The notes beneath the pieces were generated by a model. That model searched no databases, was not told the origin of the DNA, and was given only the letters and a program-made list of their open reading frames with translations. Positions 22,001 through 33,390 of a stretch of 64,000 nucleotides of DNA are shown here, in pieces (the stretch's first letter is position 1; every line of letters begins with the position of its first letter). A program made the position numbers and the translations under genes. This DNA is from Naegleria gruberi (Eukaryota), in the NCBI GenBank assembly GCA_000004985.1, contig GG738891.1, one strand, 5' to 3'.

Positions 22001-25000
22001 ATAGAGGTTGGAGAGTTTGGATTTTCAAAGAGAAGTAAGAACAAGTGTTGAATGATTGACTCAGTGTGAGGCACGAAGGCAACACCATTAGTCTCAATAG
22101 TCTGGTAAATTGATACGATTGAGCTCTTTTGAACGTCTTCTTCTATAATCTTTGAAAGAGCAAGCAAGAAGCTAACTGTTGATGGTAAGGAAGCTCTACT
22201 CTTAAGAGCACCAATGGCTCTATTGACTGAACCGAGAGCTAAAGCTAAACCAGATTTGAGGGCAATATTAGTAGTGAGGATCTTTTCCTGGCAACGCTTA
22301 ACAAGGTCATTGAGTAAAATATCTCCTATAAGTTTACCAAATGAGTGCATACATTCGGCAGCAGCAGCTCTCACAAATGAATCTGAAAACCCTAAAGCAG
22401 CATTCAGAATGGAATGTACTTGGGTGAAAAATTTGTGTTTCCTGTTTTCTTCAATATTTGTCTCTAAATTTCTGAGAATGCAATAAACAGAAGCAACAAC
22501 GTTACTGAAAATGCACAACCCAACATCGGCTGGTCCTGTTTCTTCATCAAGTCTACTTCTTAAAGGTGTTGATGATGGAGAGATGAAGTTATTGGCAAGA
22601 GCTGTTTTGATTTGTTGTACTAAATGTTCAATAATTTGGGTCTTGGAGTTTGGTTTGTGGTAAATAAATAATTTTCCTAACAATCTGATTGAGGAGTCAA
22701 CTAATCTGACAGCCAGTGATGGTAATTTCAAATAAATACTTTCAGAATAGAATAAATTAGAAATATTATCAAATAAAACACAAGCTGCATCTAAACTATC
22801 AACTGATATTGAGGTTACTTTGCTTTCGATTGCTTCCAATTTGACTTTAAGATCAACCATTGAATCAACAAGAGAAGTTCTAACTGGTACTGAATCTGTT
22901 GATGTAGCATCAGCCTCAGCAAATGCCATCTTGGTAACAAAATTGATGACGTGTCTATGTTGAGGTAATTGCAACTTGCTGTCAACAGATGGTACATATG
23001 CAAGCATTACTTCTGGAAGTTTTCCAATCAAGTTAAATAAATTCATCTTGAGTAATCTTATTGAGTATAACCCTATTGAAGTAGTAGATTTAAAGTTGGT
23101 AGGTAAACTAGAGAGCAACTCAATGGTGGAGGAAATATATCCGAAAATCAAGTTCATCTTTTCTGGTGTGAGTAAAGGAGCACAATTAGTAATAAAAACT
23201 TGCAATGAAAGAAGGCAGCAAGCTCTAGATCTGAGTCTATATGTAATAATTTCCTCCTTAGTTGTATAAGTAATAGGTTCTTCATACTTTCCACTCATTG
23301 TTTCATTCCATAATTCGAGAATCTTCTCTAAATTATTCTTTACCCAGTAATCATTGAGAGAAAGAACTGAACAGATAAGTATCCAACAAGATTCTTGTCT
23401 CTTCATAGATACATAAATATCATCAATATCTCGATGAGCTGCTTTACCAAGCAGACATGCTGTATCTAAAACAGCAGAGCACAAACTATGAGAAATAGTC
23501 AAGCTATGTTTGGCAGATACAGTAATTAACGCAGCCAAGGCACATGAATGTCCATGTAACGAATTAGCATAATTTTTGATATTTTCATCCCTCTTGGAAG
23601 CTGTTGCTAATTCACCATGATCAATTTGTACCATGTTCATCAAAGCACTAATTAGACCTGTTGAGTGTGATGGTAAAGCTTCCATGAGTTGCTTAATTGT
23701 CAATGCTCCAACATATCTCACATTTTCAGATGGATATTTAAGACTACATAAAATAGCATCCAAAATAGAATCTCTTTGTTTAGAAACACATTCTCCTAAA
23801 ACTCTACATAATTTTCCTATACAATATAGCACAGTTGTAAAACAACTCTCATTGGACAAAACTGTATGGCCAACAACTAATTGAACTAAATTTGATAGTA
23901 AAGAAAGTCTTCCTGCTTCTGTTAATCTATCAATAAGACCAATACTAATCATTTTAGTTACATAGGTTTGGGCATATTTCTTGTCATTGTTTGTAATGTT
24001 GTTTGAACTGATCGAGATGAGTCCTGTTAAATTTCTTACAATTGTATCCATATTGTTGATAATGACTTCCTCTGGGCATTTAGAGAAGAAATAAATGATA
24101 CATGATGAAATAGCTGCTCTGAGCTCTTTTGTTTGTCCAATTCTTGTGAAAGGTGCTGTAGCAACCATGATGGCATACAGACAAGTGTATTCTTTAGAAC
24201 GTTTGGCTGTACTTCTTGGAGTTGTTCCACCATCTTCATTACCTACGGAATCATAAACACCTGTGTCACTCATACATGATAGTAATAATTGTGCTGTGCT
24301 ATGACTAAACACTTCTCTAACTTCTTCATCCGTTTCCTCCATAGCTTTCAAAGAAATATTAAGAGAAGTTTCAAAGATTTTTAGATTAACATCCGAAGGT
24401 CTCGCATAATTGATAGCAACAGCAAGCATAAGTTGCCCACAAGCTACTTTCACTTGTTTGTTTGTTTCTTGTGTTCCTTTCATAATTAATTTCAAGTATT
24501 CAGTCCACTCATTCTTCACTCTCTTTTTAGAGTTTGCTACAAACTTTGTACATAATAATAACATTGATTCTTTCATCGGATCATCCTATAATAATCATCA
24601 AATATTAAATCCAAATAACAATAAAGTTATAACAATGTTTAAATAATTAATCAAATAATAAAGTATAATAACAATAAATCTATAATCTAACAATTAAAAA
24701 CAACTTACATTCAACTTCCACAATCGTGTAAAGAGGCCATTCATGATCAAATTAAATAAACTTGGAACAAGATGTGATTGTATCGAATAGGCCTCTCCGA
24801 GTATATCCAATAAACAGGAAATTTCGTTCAACTTTTGTGGATTTCTAGCAAGATTGGAGTGTTGTTCAAGTGATTGAATAATACGACTTGATCCGGATGG
24901 AATCAACGATGTTGGATTTATCCTATAAAATCTATTAAAACATCTACACAAAAGTCGTTTCGTGAGAGAAGGATTGCCAATATTTGTCAGAAAAGACACT

Positions 25001-25176
25001 GACTTTATCAATGTAACTTCAACATTCTTATCCAATTTATCATAACCAGTATTCTCCAAATAACCACACAAATCGGTGAATATCAGATAAATTTGTTGTT
25101 GTTGAGTACTATTTATCTTTTTGTTTTGTGAGGCAAGCGTACAAAACTGTGTTAGCTGAGAGAGACAGGCCTGCAT
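19039..25176 (-). CDS. large HEAT/ARM-repeat protein of about 2004 aa, possibly of the HEATR5/Laa1 class. 2 exons.
   Basis: Exons 24709..25176 and 19039..24585, joined across a 121-nt GTAAGT...TAG intron. The splice joins ...RLWKLN to DDPMKESML. Helical repeat composition throughout. The family assignment is tentative. Confidence 0.6.
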
Positions 25177-25435
25177 TTTTTATGATTTGAAATTGTCGTT
25201 GGATAATTTCCCTCTTCTCTCACCACTTATCACAAACAACAAACATATCATAAAAAAATTATTAAAAAAATATCAAATAATGAAACCTTAATCCCGAATA
25301 ATAATATTATTTCATTGTTTATGATGAAGACTTTGATTACATGACTGGTTTGTTGCAGAGACTGAAATCAAGAAATGAATATATTGCCAAGAAGTAGGAG
25401 GACTAAATTTAGTCATAATCATTCTTGCAATTTGT

Positions 25436-26998
25436 TTAATCAAATTTCCAACCAGAACTGAACATATTCTTGTAATTTCCTTCACTTTGAAAGATGCCAA
25501 AGGCCATATGATAAATACTATCAAGTATTTGAATTCTTTCTTTTCCAAAATCTGAGAATCTTCTTTTAAATTCATTCCATTCTAAATAATTAACCTTATT
25601 ATTGATAGATTTCAATCCAATCTTGAACAGTAAATATCTTGCCAATTTCATCTCTCCAATAATTTTTGTAATTCTGCACGGAATATTTGCTCCTAACTTG
25701 TATTGGAATGTGTTTATGACCTCATCCACTTTTTTACGGTCTTCTTCAGTTATTTGAGCAAATCTTTTTTCAAATTTCTCATCATTGTCATTCAATTCTT
25801 TCAAGTAAGCTCCAAGCTCCTCAGTTGATTTGAAATCATTAATGTCAATAAAAAGGCTTGAAGGAAAACCCCAATCCTTAATATTTTGAGCTCCTCTATA
25901 AATGATTAATAACTTGGCACCATTTTGAAGAGCTTTCACACCCTCAAAGAATTTCTCTGTAACGTAATCCTTTGAAATGGAATTCTCAGCAGCAAAATAG
26001 AATTTGCAATTATTCTCCAATTCAAATTGTTTTCCATCAGGGCCTTCTTGAGCATTTCTTCCACAACGTCCATACTGTCTTATTGGAATAAACTTGGATA
26101 ATGTGGTGAGAGTTTGATATCTTTCTTTTGCATAGGTTCCATCCTTGCAATTCGAAACAAAGGCACAAATTCCAGAATTTCCACTTCTTTTCTTTTTTCC
26201 AAAGAATGCACTCTTTGCCAACTCGATAGGATAATACAAATAATTTACCCAAACAGAGCAAGTTGACAAGTAACAAACGCTAATATCTGCAGTAGATTCA
26301 GAGAATCTCTTCATGGATTCAATATCTGAAACTGTTTGAGTGAGAGGTTGAATATTTTCATGAAGAACTGCCTCACTACACATAAAGATTGATAATCTTC
26401 TCATTCCTCTCCACATATTCTCACCATACAATTCATCAATTTTATGGGAACGAATCAAGCTTTGAGAACTTTCCAATTCTATAACTCTTTGAAATACTTC
26501 AATATTTCTCAATTCTTCCTCTTTTGTGCTGAGGAAGAATGGCTGAGAATATTCACACAACACTAAAACTGCATCCAAATTCAAACCTCTTTCTTTTGAT
26601 ACAATGTCAGCACTCTTATCTCCATATATTTTACTTGAATGTTGTCTAGTACATTTTGATGTATCAAAAGTTCTAAAATAGGAAAACATTGAATCACTTG
26701 TTGTCCAAGTATCTTGAAATCCTAACTTTGCCATGATTGGATCAGAAAATTTAGTATTTCCCAACATGTTATTTTCCAATTGTTTTCGGTACCATCCATA
26801 ACTTCCTTCGCTGTCTTGATATGGATTTGTTAATTGTAGAGCAATTGCTGTGAAAACATCGTGTGAAGGAAGGAAAATATTAGAAAGGAACCAAATTATT
26901 AAAACAGTAAAAATTATTATTCCATAGATCAAATGTTTCTTATTTCCAGTGATCTTTTTTAATAACAATTTAAATTTGTTGGTTTTGGCTTGTTTCAA
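25436..26998 (-). CDS. alpha-1,3-fucosyltransferase (glycosyltransferase family 10), 520 aa, type II membrane topology
   Basis: An N-terminal transmembrane anchor LIYGIIIFTVLIIWFL. The GT10 motif FYFAAENSISKDYVTEKFF matches FYLAFENS...DYVTEKFW. Confidence 0.7.
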   Translation of the reverse strand: MKQAKTNKFKLLLKKITGNKKHLIYGIIIFTVLIIWFLSNIFLPSHDVFTAIALQLTNPYQDSEGSYGWYRKQLENNMLGNTKFSDPIMAKLGFQDTWTTSDSMFSYFRTFDTSKCTRQHSSKIYGDKSADIVSKERGLNLDAVLVLCEYSQPFFLSTKEEELRNIEVFQRVIELESSQSLIRSHKIDELYGENMWRGMRRLSIFMCSEAVLHENIQPLTQTVSDIESMKRFSESTADISVCYLSTCSVWVNYLYYPIELAKSAFFGKKKRSGNSGICAFVSNCKDGTYAKERYQTLTTLSKFIPIRQYGRCGRNAQEGPDGKQFELENNCKFYFAAENSISKDYVTEKFFEGVKALQNGAKLLIIYRGAQNIKDWGFPSSLFIDINDFKSTEELGAYLKELNDNDEKFEKRFAQITEEDRKKVDEVINTFQYKLGANIPCRITKIIGEMKLARYLLFKIGLKSINNKVNYLEWNEFKRRFSDFGKERIQILDSIYHMAFGIFQSEGNYKNMFSSGWKFD

Positions 26999-27208
26999 GT
27001 CATGGAAGGAATGATCAGTACTTGGTTCGTGTGGTCTGCTTCTTCTGGTGAGGTTAGGAATAACACCACGATCTTAGTGAGTAGGAAGGTAACATTTTTT
27101 CACAACCTTTCAACTCTCTTTTGAAGTGTGACGCTGATAAAAGTCAAGACCGACTATTAAAAAGGAAATCGAGTTTAAAGAGCAAAATTCAAAATTAAAA
27201 TTGAGTGT

Positions 27209-29077
27209 TTAGTATTCAAAGCTTTGTACCAGGTTTTCTTCGTAAAGATCTTCCTCTTCTTCGAAACCATCAAACATTCTTCGAGAGTTAGATTCCTCAA
27301 TGTATTCATCCATTCCCACATTTACTGTACAAACTCTGCTGGGTATTGATTGTGAGACACTACTACTCTTATTGACATATTCCTCATCTTCTTCAGTTAA
27401 GCTGGCTAACATTGTGTTTCTTTCAATAAAACTGTCATGCTTTGATCTTTTTGGCTCCATATGGTCTTCATCCAACAGCACAATATCATCATCTTCAAAT
27501 AGTTGAGGATTATATCTCTTTTCTTCCTTAAATTTATAACTATTAATCGTCTTGATGCTCTTTCTTGGTGGGTATTGTAAGGAAAATTCTTCATTTGCAA
27601 TTTCTTCTTCCAGCTCATTGGATCCTTCTTCCTCTTCAATTTCCTCGTCACTAAAGTCTGTTTTTCCAAACAAGTCACTATTTGTATCCTCTTCATCTTC
27701 GTCTTCGTTATCCATTCCTCTAAATAACGTGTTCTTAGATGGTGTTGATCTAGAATCTTGTAACTTTACAGAGGTCAAACTCTTTTCCAGATTTGAGATG
27801 TTGTCATATGATTTTTGAATTGACTTTTTAGAGAAAGCTTCTGGAGGAGGCTGATAAAGAGGAGAATCGTCCAATTCATCGCCAATATCTTCCTCTGAAA
27901 TAATAATCATGTCATCATGAGAAGCAGAAGCTTGATAATGTTCTGGATGGTACTCTTCCTTTGGAGGTTTTTTTAAAATTCTTAATTCCTCTATTGAATA
28001 GTGTTGTGTGTCTTCTTCCAAAATATCGTCTTGTTCCTCTCTGTTTTCATACCTAGATATTTGAGAATCATTTGGGATATTGCTATGAGAAATTAATAGT
28101 ACATGATTTTGTTGCTTATTGGAGCTTCCTAGTTTGGATTGAACTTGACTCTTGTTGTTTTGTTTTGCAGTTTTGGTAATTGGTTTGGCTCCTTGCATGA
28201 CAAGAGCTTTGGAATTGGTTGGACTGGTGGTGTTTGGAGTTGTTATCATTCTTGGTAGAGCTGTTTGTGGTTTAGGTTCAGTTAGGAATGATGATTGGTC
28301 CAGTATCGATTCAGACATGTCAATATTGGTTGTGTTAGGTCTGTTTGAAGTTTTTGCCATTCTCCTTCCGAAGGCAATATGTGGTTTATCTTTTGATGTA
28401 TTCAATGGTTTCTCAATGGCGAGTGGTTTCTTCTTCAGAGCTAACTTTTCTTCTTCTGTCAGATATGAAGATGCATCTATCATGCATACGTTATTATCTC
28501 CCATATGTGTAAATGCCAATTTCTTCGGTATGAGTGCCTCCGTGACAGGATTCTGTCTTAGGGAGTATATTTTCCTTAACGTACAAGCTGGTCCAATACT
28601 AATCCTATCCATGCAATAGTACTCTTCCTTATCATTGAATGACATGGATGTCAGTTCTTGTAAATCAAAACATAAATTCATCCACTCTCCACTTTTTACA
28701 ACATCAGAAATTGGTATTTGCGTATGCAGTTGTGTCTTGGTAACAGTTTTAAAACTACTAGAGAAAATCAATCTCTTTTTGATTTGTTTTTTATCCCGAA
28801 TATGTATTTCTATTTGAAAAACTGATCCGATACAACATTGTAGTACTAAATATCGATGCATAATTTGTAGTGTTGATGTTGTCGATTTCGGAAGCTCAAT
28901 GTTCGTTGTATGAAAGGAACTTCCCTCAATACAAACAACAAACGATTTAACCTCTTTATCAAATTCTTTTTTTACCATCTTTGTATTCTTAATTGCAATA
29001 TTAGCAAGAGCACTCGATCCCTGAGTTGACAGCAATTCAATACTATCACCCGAACTTGAGGCAAGATTTGTCGACAT
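27209..29077 (-). CDS. CFAP20-domain (DUF667) protein with a long acidic/Ser-rich C-terminal extension, CFAP20DC-like, 622 aa
   Basis: The N-terminal 170 aa align with CFAP20/BUG22: FVVCIEGSSFHTTNIELP and YLVLQCCIGSVFQIEIHIRDKKQIKKRLIFSS. Confidence 0.6.
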   Translation of the reverse strand: MSTNLASSSGDSIELLSTQGSSALANIAIKNTKMVKKEFDKEVKSFVVCIEGSSFHTTNIELPKSTTSTLQIMHRYLVLQCCIGSVFQIEIHIRDKKQIKKRLIFSSSFKTVTKTQLHTQIPISDVVKSGEWMNLCFDLQELTSMSFNDKEEYYCMDRISIGPACTLRKIYSLRQNPVTEALIPKKLAFTHMGDNNVCMIDASSYLTEEEKLALKKKPLAIEKPLNTSKDKPHIAFGRRMAKTSNRPNTTNIDMSESILDQSSFLTEPKPQTALPRMITTPNTTSPTNSKALVMQGAKPITKTAKQNNKSQVQSKLGSSNKQQNHVLLISHSNIPNDSQISRYENREEQDDILEEDTQHYSIEELRILKKPPKEEYHPEHYQASASHDDMIIISEEDIGDELDDSPLYQPPPEAFSKKSIQKSYDNISNLEKSLTSVKLQDSRSTPSKNTLFRGMDNEDEDEEDTNSDLFGKTDFSDEEIEEEEGSNELEEEIANEEFSLQYPPRKSIKTINSYKFKEEKRYNPQLFEDDDIVLLDEDHMEPKRSKHDSFIERNTMLASLTEEDEEYVNKSSSVSQSIPSRVCTVNVGMDEYIEESNSRRMFDGFEEEEDLYEENLVQSFEY

Positions 29078-29479
29078 TTTTTATTCTTATTTTTAGATGA
29101 CAAACAGCCTCAATAGCAAACCTAAAAAAAACCGTAAATTCGCTTGATTGCTTGCGATTTTGATCATCATAACCTTCATGAAAAAATATATTAGAAAGTA
29201 AATATGGGAAATGAGAACACTGGAAGTGAAAAAAGCAATAAGGCAATTTTAAATAATAATAATAAATAATATTTAATATTAATGAACAAGTTTTCCCTCC
29301 ATCAAAAAAATGCCAGCAAAGAAAGTGAAGAGTAAAGACTCTACTACAACAACACAGCAACAACAGAGACATCCAAAACTAAGAAGAAGTCATCATCATC
29401 GAGTAGTAGTGCACCGAAAAAGTCTTCATCTTCGGGTAGTAGTGCTGCTACACCAAGTACTCCAACAATAGCATCGAAT

Positions 29480-30757
29480 GTGAATACAACATCAAAATCA
29501 TCATCAAAACAGGCATCAGCAACATCTTCTGTTGATTCTGTTCACAATTTATCATCATCTGTGGCTTCTCCTTCTCCCTCTGTAACAAAACCTAAAAAAA
29601 CAAGTAAGAAAACAAAAACTTCTTCATCTATAACTTCAGGCAGTGCTAGTAATTCTTCTGTTGCTGCTACAAGTGCTCCGATCATTCCACAAGCCTCTAT
29701 TCCTCCTTCCTCACAAATTGCAACCCCTGTAACTATAAATTATGCACAACAGGCAGTACCTCTGGCTTTTCCACCACAGTTTGCCAATAAGAATACCAAT
29801 CCTACACCACCATCAAATGTGGAGGTTCCATACTCGGAGGAAATCAGTAAAATGTTGATGGTATTTTGTTATACGAGCAGAATTGAGCCAAATGGAAATA
29901 GAATTATTGAAAGATATACTAGAAATCATTTAATTCAATTAATTTCAACAGCTTGTGAACAGATACAAAAATCAGCCACACAAACAGATAGTTCAATAAC
30001 TATTTCTCCAGATGACATTCTCTTCTTATTTAAAAATAATAGTCTAAAATTAGCTAGGATTGAAAATTTAATTAAAGTGAAGGAAATGAGGAAAAAGGAT
30101 GAAGAAAGTACATCAGAATCTGATCCAAAGAAGAGAAAACTTACAGCAATCCCATTATTAAAGGAAAAAAAGATTAAATATGATCCAATTTTAGAGATTG
30201 GACATTTTTCTGATGATGAGGATTTGGAAAATGAAAAATCAAGCTACGATCCTTTTGCCACATACATGCACGAAAAACGAAAGGCTGCTGATTTTTTAAC
30301 TAAATGTATGACAACAAATGAATATATGGAATTTACAAAGAATAGAGAGTCTGCAAACATGTTGACTAAGGGAACCAAAAAATTCAGACAATGGCTCGAC
30401 GTGTCGAACGATATCAAGATGAACGACCTTGTTTTAGAAATATTAGCAATGGAAGCTTTCGAAACTATTGGAATACTCTGTCAAGTAGCTCTCATAGTAG
30501 CTATCGATAGTCAAAATAGAAGAATATCACCATTCGAGGATGCTCTTTTCAAGTATGCTGGCTTACTGTCCGAGAGAGCCAGAAGGATGTACTCTCAACA
30601 TCCACAAGACCCGATAGACTTGGCCACTTCGAAACCAGTTCCAACTGTAAATAATAGTTTCCTTACTAATAATCACTTCCTTAGCGCAATCACCTTACTC
30701 CACCCACCAAGTTGCGGAAAACATTATAACCCTCTCAAATTTATTGTGAACATATAA
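29480..30757 (+). CDS. SPT3: SPT3-like SAGA subunit with tandem histone folds and a Ser/Thr-rich N-terminus, 425 aa
   Basis: EISKMLMVFCY...ISPDDILFLFKNNSLKLARIENLIKVK resembles the Spt3 N-terminal TAF13-like histone fold (EIQQMMF...ISPEDLIFLIRHDRAKVNRLRTYL). A second fold lies C-terminally. Confidence 0.5.
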   Translation: MNTTSKSSSKQASATSSVDSVHNLSSSVASPSPSVTKPKKTSKKTKTSSSITSGSASNSSVAATSAPIIPQASIPPSSQIATPVTINYAQQAVPLAFPPQFANKNTNPTPPSNVEVPYSEEISKMLMVFCYTSRIEPNGNRIIERYTRNHLIQLISTACEQIQKSATQTDSSITISPDDILFLFKNNSLKLARIENLIKVKEMRKKDEESTSESDPKKRKLTAIPLLKEKKIKYDPILEIGHFSDDEDLENEKSSYDPFATYMHEKRKAADFLTKCMTTNEYMEFTKNRESANMLTKGTKKFRQWLDVSNDIKMNDLVLEILAMEAFETIGILCQVALIVAIDSQNRRISPFEDALFKYAGLLSERARRMYSQHPQDPIDLATSKPVPTVNNSFLTNNHFLSAITLLHPPSCGKHYNPLKFIVNI

Positions 30758-31292
30758 ACCCATATTCTTTTGAAGCGACATCAACTTTGAGGTATTTCAG
30801 TTTCTAAACAAGTTTTCAATGAAAAATTGCTTATTATACAAAAGAACTTAATCCTTAATGATGCTTAATGATGGAATTTACAGTAAAACAGAAATTTCTT
30901 TCCAAATATATAATAATAGAGTATTGAACCTCTAATGAGCAGATATATATTACATTTAATATTCTTAATAAATAGTTTCATTATTTGTAATTTCTATTTT
31001 TTGTAATATTTTTGGAATATCACAATTATCACCATCATTCAAATAACATTTACTTTTTAATGAATGAATATTATTTGATTGAGGTGTTGTATCAGAAACT
31101 CCACCTATTGTGGATGAAGAGGAGTGACGAATTGTAATCAAATTGTTTGATCAGATTTTAACTGAAAATCATAGTGAAAGTTCGTATGATTGTTGTAATA
31201 ATGAGAGCGGTTACAATTGATCATCCACCAATGGATTGGAAGGAGGGTTTCACCGCAAATTTTGCTAACTCCTAAACTTTGAATGCACATAT

Positions 31293-33254
31293 TTGGAGAG
31301 ATTTTCAGCAAAAGAAAAAATGTTTACAAACGACTTACTGTTTGTTGCATTGTGTCTTGTTTTCGCTCTTTATGTTGGTCAATTTGTCCATGTGACTAAT
31401 GGCCAAAATTGTTCAGCATCAAGTTTAGTTTCGAATTTCGCTATTGATCAAGCTGCCAATGTTCAATGTCAAATTGGCTACGCTCCAGACAAACTTTCAT
31501 TACAATGTAGACCCTATGACACTGTATTCGATGAAAATTATGGTAAACTTTGTAATGTCTCAAGTGATTGTCAATTAAGTTTCGTTTGTAGTGAATTGTC
31601 AAAGATTTGCGTTCCTTCCAAAACCAGAAGATTAGGAGACGCATGTCTTGCAAGAGAAAGTTGTGTAGAGCCATTCAATTGTTTTAACGGAGTTTGTTCC
31701 ATTGTAAAGGAAAGCAGTGATAGAAAATTTGGTGAAAAGTGCAATTTCATTGATTATGCCAATAATACAAAGCACTTATGTAATCCTACCTTTGCATGTC
31801 TAGCTGTTTCTTATCCAATTTATCACTGTTTTGAAAGAATAGAATCTGATATTGGTGGATTTTGTGGTCAGAACTCAACTTCTTTCCAAAGTGGTTCTTG
31901 TAAAGTGGGAATGTGCAATGCCATAACTGAACAATGTGTTCCATATCTTACCAATGCAACAGAAGGTCAAGGTTGTGAAATTATGACACCAAATTCGTAT
32001 ACCACATGTGGTTCAAATTACGAGTGCAGATTAGGAACGTGCTATTTGAAAGTAGATGCAGGACTCGATGAAACATGCTTATATTACAATTCTACTTCAT
32101 ATACATTCGGGGTCTGTAGGGAAAAGCTAACATGTTCAGGTGGAAAGTGTATTGGATTGACAATTTCACCACTTGGTGGATATTGTGGTCAAAACTCAAC
32201 TGGAAGATATAACTGTGGCAATGGATACTGTTTCCTTGAAAAGTGTGTACCTTATGTGAGTTCTCTAATAGGAGGAAAGTGTGATGTAACTGATTCTGAA
32301 GGTTTTTTCACATGTAAGAATGATGGTACCTCACCATATTGTTTCAACAACATATGTAGGACAAGAGGAAAGTTGGGCGAAAGCTGTCAACACAAATCTG
32401 ATTCCTGTACCTCTCAATTAATTTGTAGGTCCATTGGAGGAGCTCCAAAAACATGTGAAAATTATGCACAAAAGAATGAAAACTGCTCATCCACTTCTGA
32501 TTGTGCTACTGGATTATTGTGCCTGTATTCAAAGTGCACTAATTTGAATGGAAAATCAGTGGGAGAGGCATGTTTCTCCAACTCTGAATGTGATTCTGGT
32601 TTGTGTTACAATAGCATTTGCTCACTGAATTACAATACCTCTTCATGCAGTACTGATTCTGATTGTAATATTTATGAAAATTCCAAGTGTTCCTGTGGTT
32701 CTGGAAGATCTTCATCAGATTCCACATTTGGAACTTGTGCTGGTTTGAAGAGATGCAATGTTTACCAACTCATTCTTGAAATCTGTCTTTCCAATTATGG
32801 AAGAGGAGCCTCTGTAACAACTATTTTTGACAGACACAGCTCCATTCACAAAGATTGTGCCAAAGAATTTTCTCAATATTATTCATGTTTGAGAATTGGA
32901 ATTAGTGAAGCAGGTAATGTTCAATCTCTTTCAATTTCTGGTTTAGATGTCAACACTCAAGTTAAAGATCCTGCAGTTGTCAAGATTGCCCAATGTAATG
33001 CCTTTTTAAGTCACCATCTGTCTGTTTGCTCTGGATTTGGTGATTGCATTGCTGATGGTGTTTGTAAATGTTATCCAGGATATACTGGAACTTATTGTCA
33101 AACAATTTACACACCTCAAAAATCATCAATTATTCCACCAACAAATTCAATTGGTGGGGAAAACCGCACTGCCCTACTATCTGAAGGAAAGAAGAATACC
33201 TATTCAAACTTGTTGTGGATTGTCTTAATTTCATTGATTTTTATTCCACATTAA
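31293..33254 (+). CDS. cysteine-rich type-I membrane or secreted protein, 653 aa, with a signal peptide, repeated CxxxC/EGF-like modules and a C-terminal transmembrane helix
   Basis: Hydrophobic N-terminus and many regularly spaced Cys residues. EGF-like CxCxxGxxGxxC lies near the C-terminus, followed by a terminal transmembrane helix LLWIVLISLIFIP. Confidence 0.55.
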   Translation: MERFSAKEKMFTNDLLFVALCLVFALYVGQFVHVTNGQNCSASSLVSNFAIDQAANVQCQIGYAPDKLSLQCRPYDTVFDENYGKLCNVSSDCQLSFVCSELSKICVPSKTRRLGDACLARESCVEPFNCFNGVCSIVKESSDRKFGEKCNFIDYANNTKHLCNPTFACLAVSYPIYHCFERIESDIGGFCGQNSTSFQSGSCKVGMCNAITEQCVPYLTNATEGQGCEIMTPNSYTTCGSNYECRLGTCYLKVDAGLDETCLYYNSTSYTFGVCREKLTCSGGKCIGLTISPLGGYCGQNSTGRYNCGNGYCFLEKCVPYVSSLIGGKCDVTDSEGFFTCKNDGTSPYCFNNICRTRGKLGESCQHKSDSCTSQLICRSIGGAPKTCENYAQKNENCSSTSDCATGLLCLYSKCTNLNGKSVGEACFSNSECDSGLCYNSICSLNYNTSSCSTDSDCNIYENSKCSCGSGRSSSDSTFGTCAGLKRCNVYQLILEICLSNYGRGASVTTIFDRHSSIHKDCAKEFSQYYSCLRIGISEAGNVQSLSISGLDVNTQVKDPAVVKIAQCNAFLSHHLSVCSGFGDCIADGVCKCYPGYTGTYCQTIYTPQKSSIIPPTNSIGGENRTALLSEGKKNTYSNLLWIVLISLIFIPH

Positions 33255-33390
33255 AAATATTCTACATCATCAAAAATTGTTTTCAGGAGTTCAATAATGT
33301 GATAGGTAATGAGGTCTTCAAAAAGCAACTGTCCAATCCGTAATAGAATATCTAAAGGTTGTATTCTACCTTGATGTCTAATAAATCATT

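Noticed and set aside
29310-29480. Upstream ATG (29310) as an alternative start for the SPT3-like gene
   Set aside because: It is in a different frame from the 29480 ORF, and no GT..AG pair joins them in frame.
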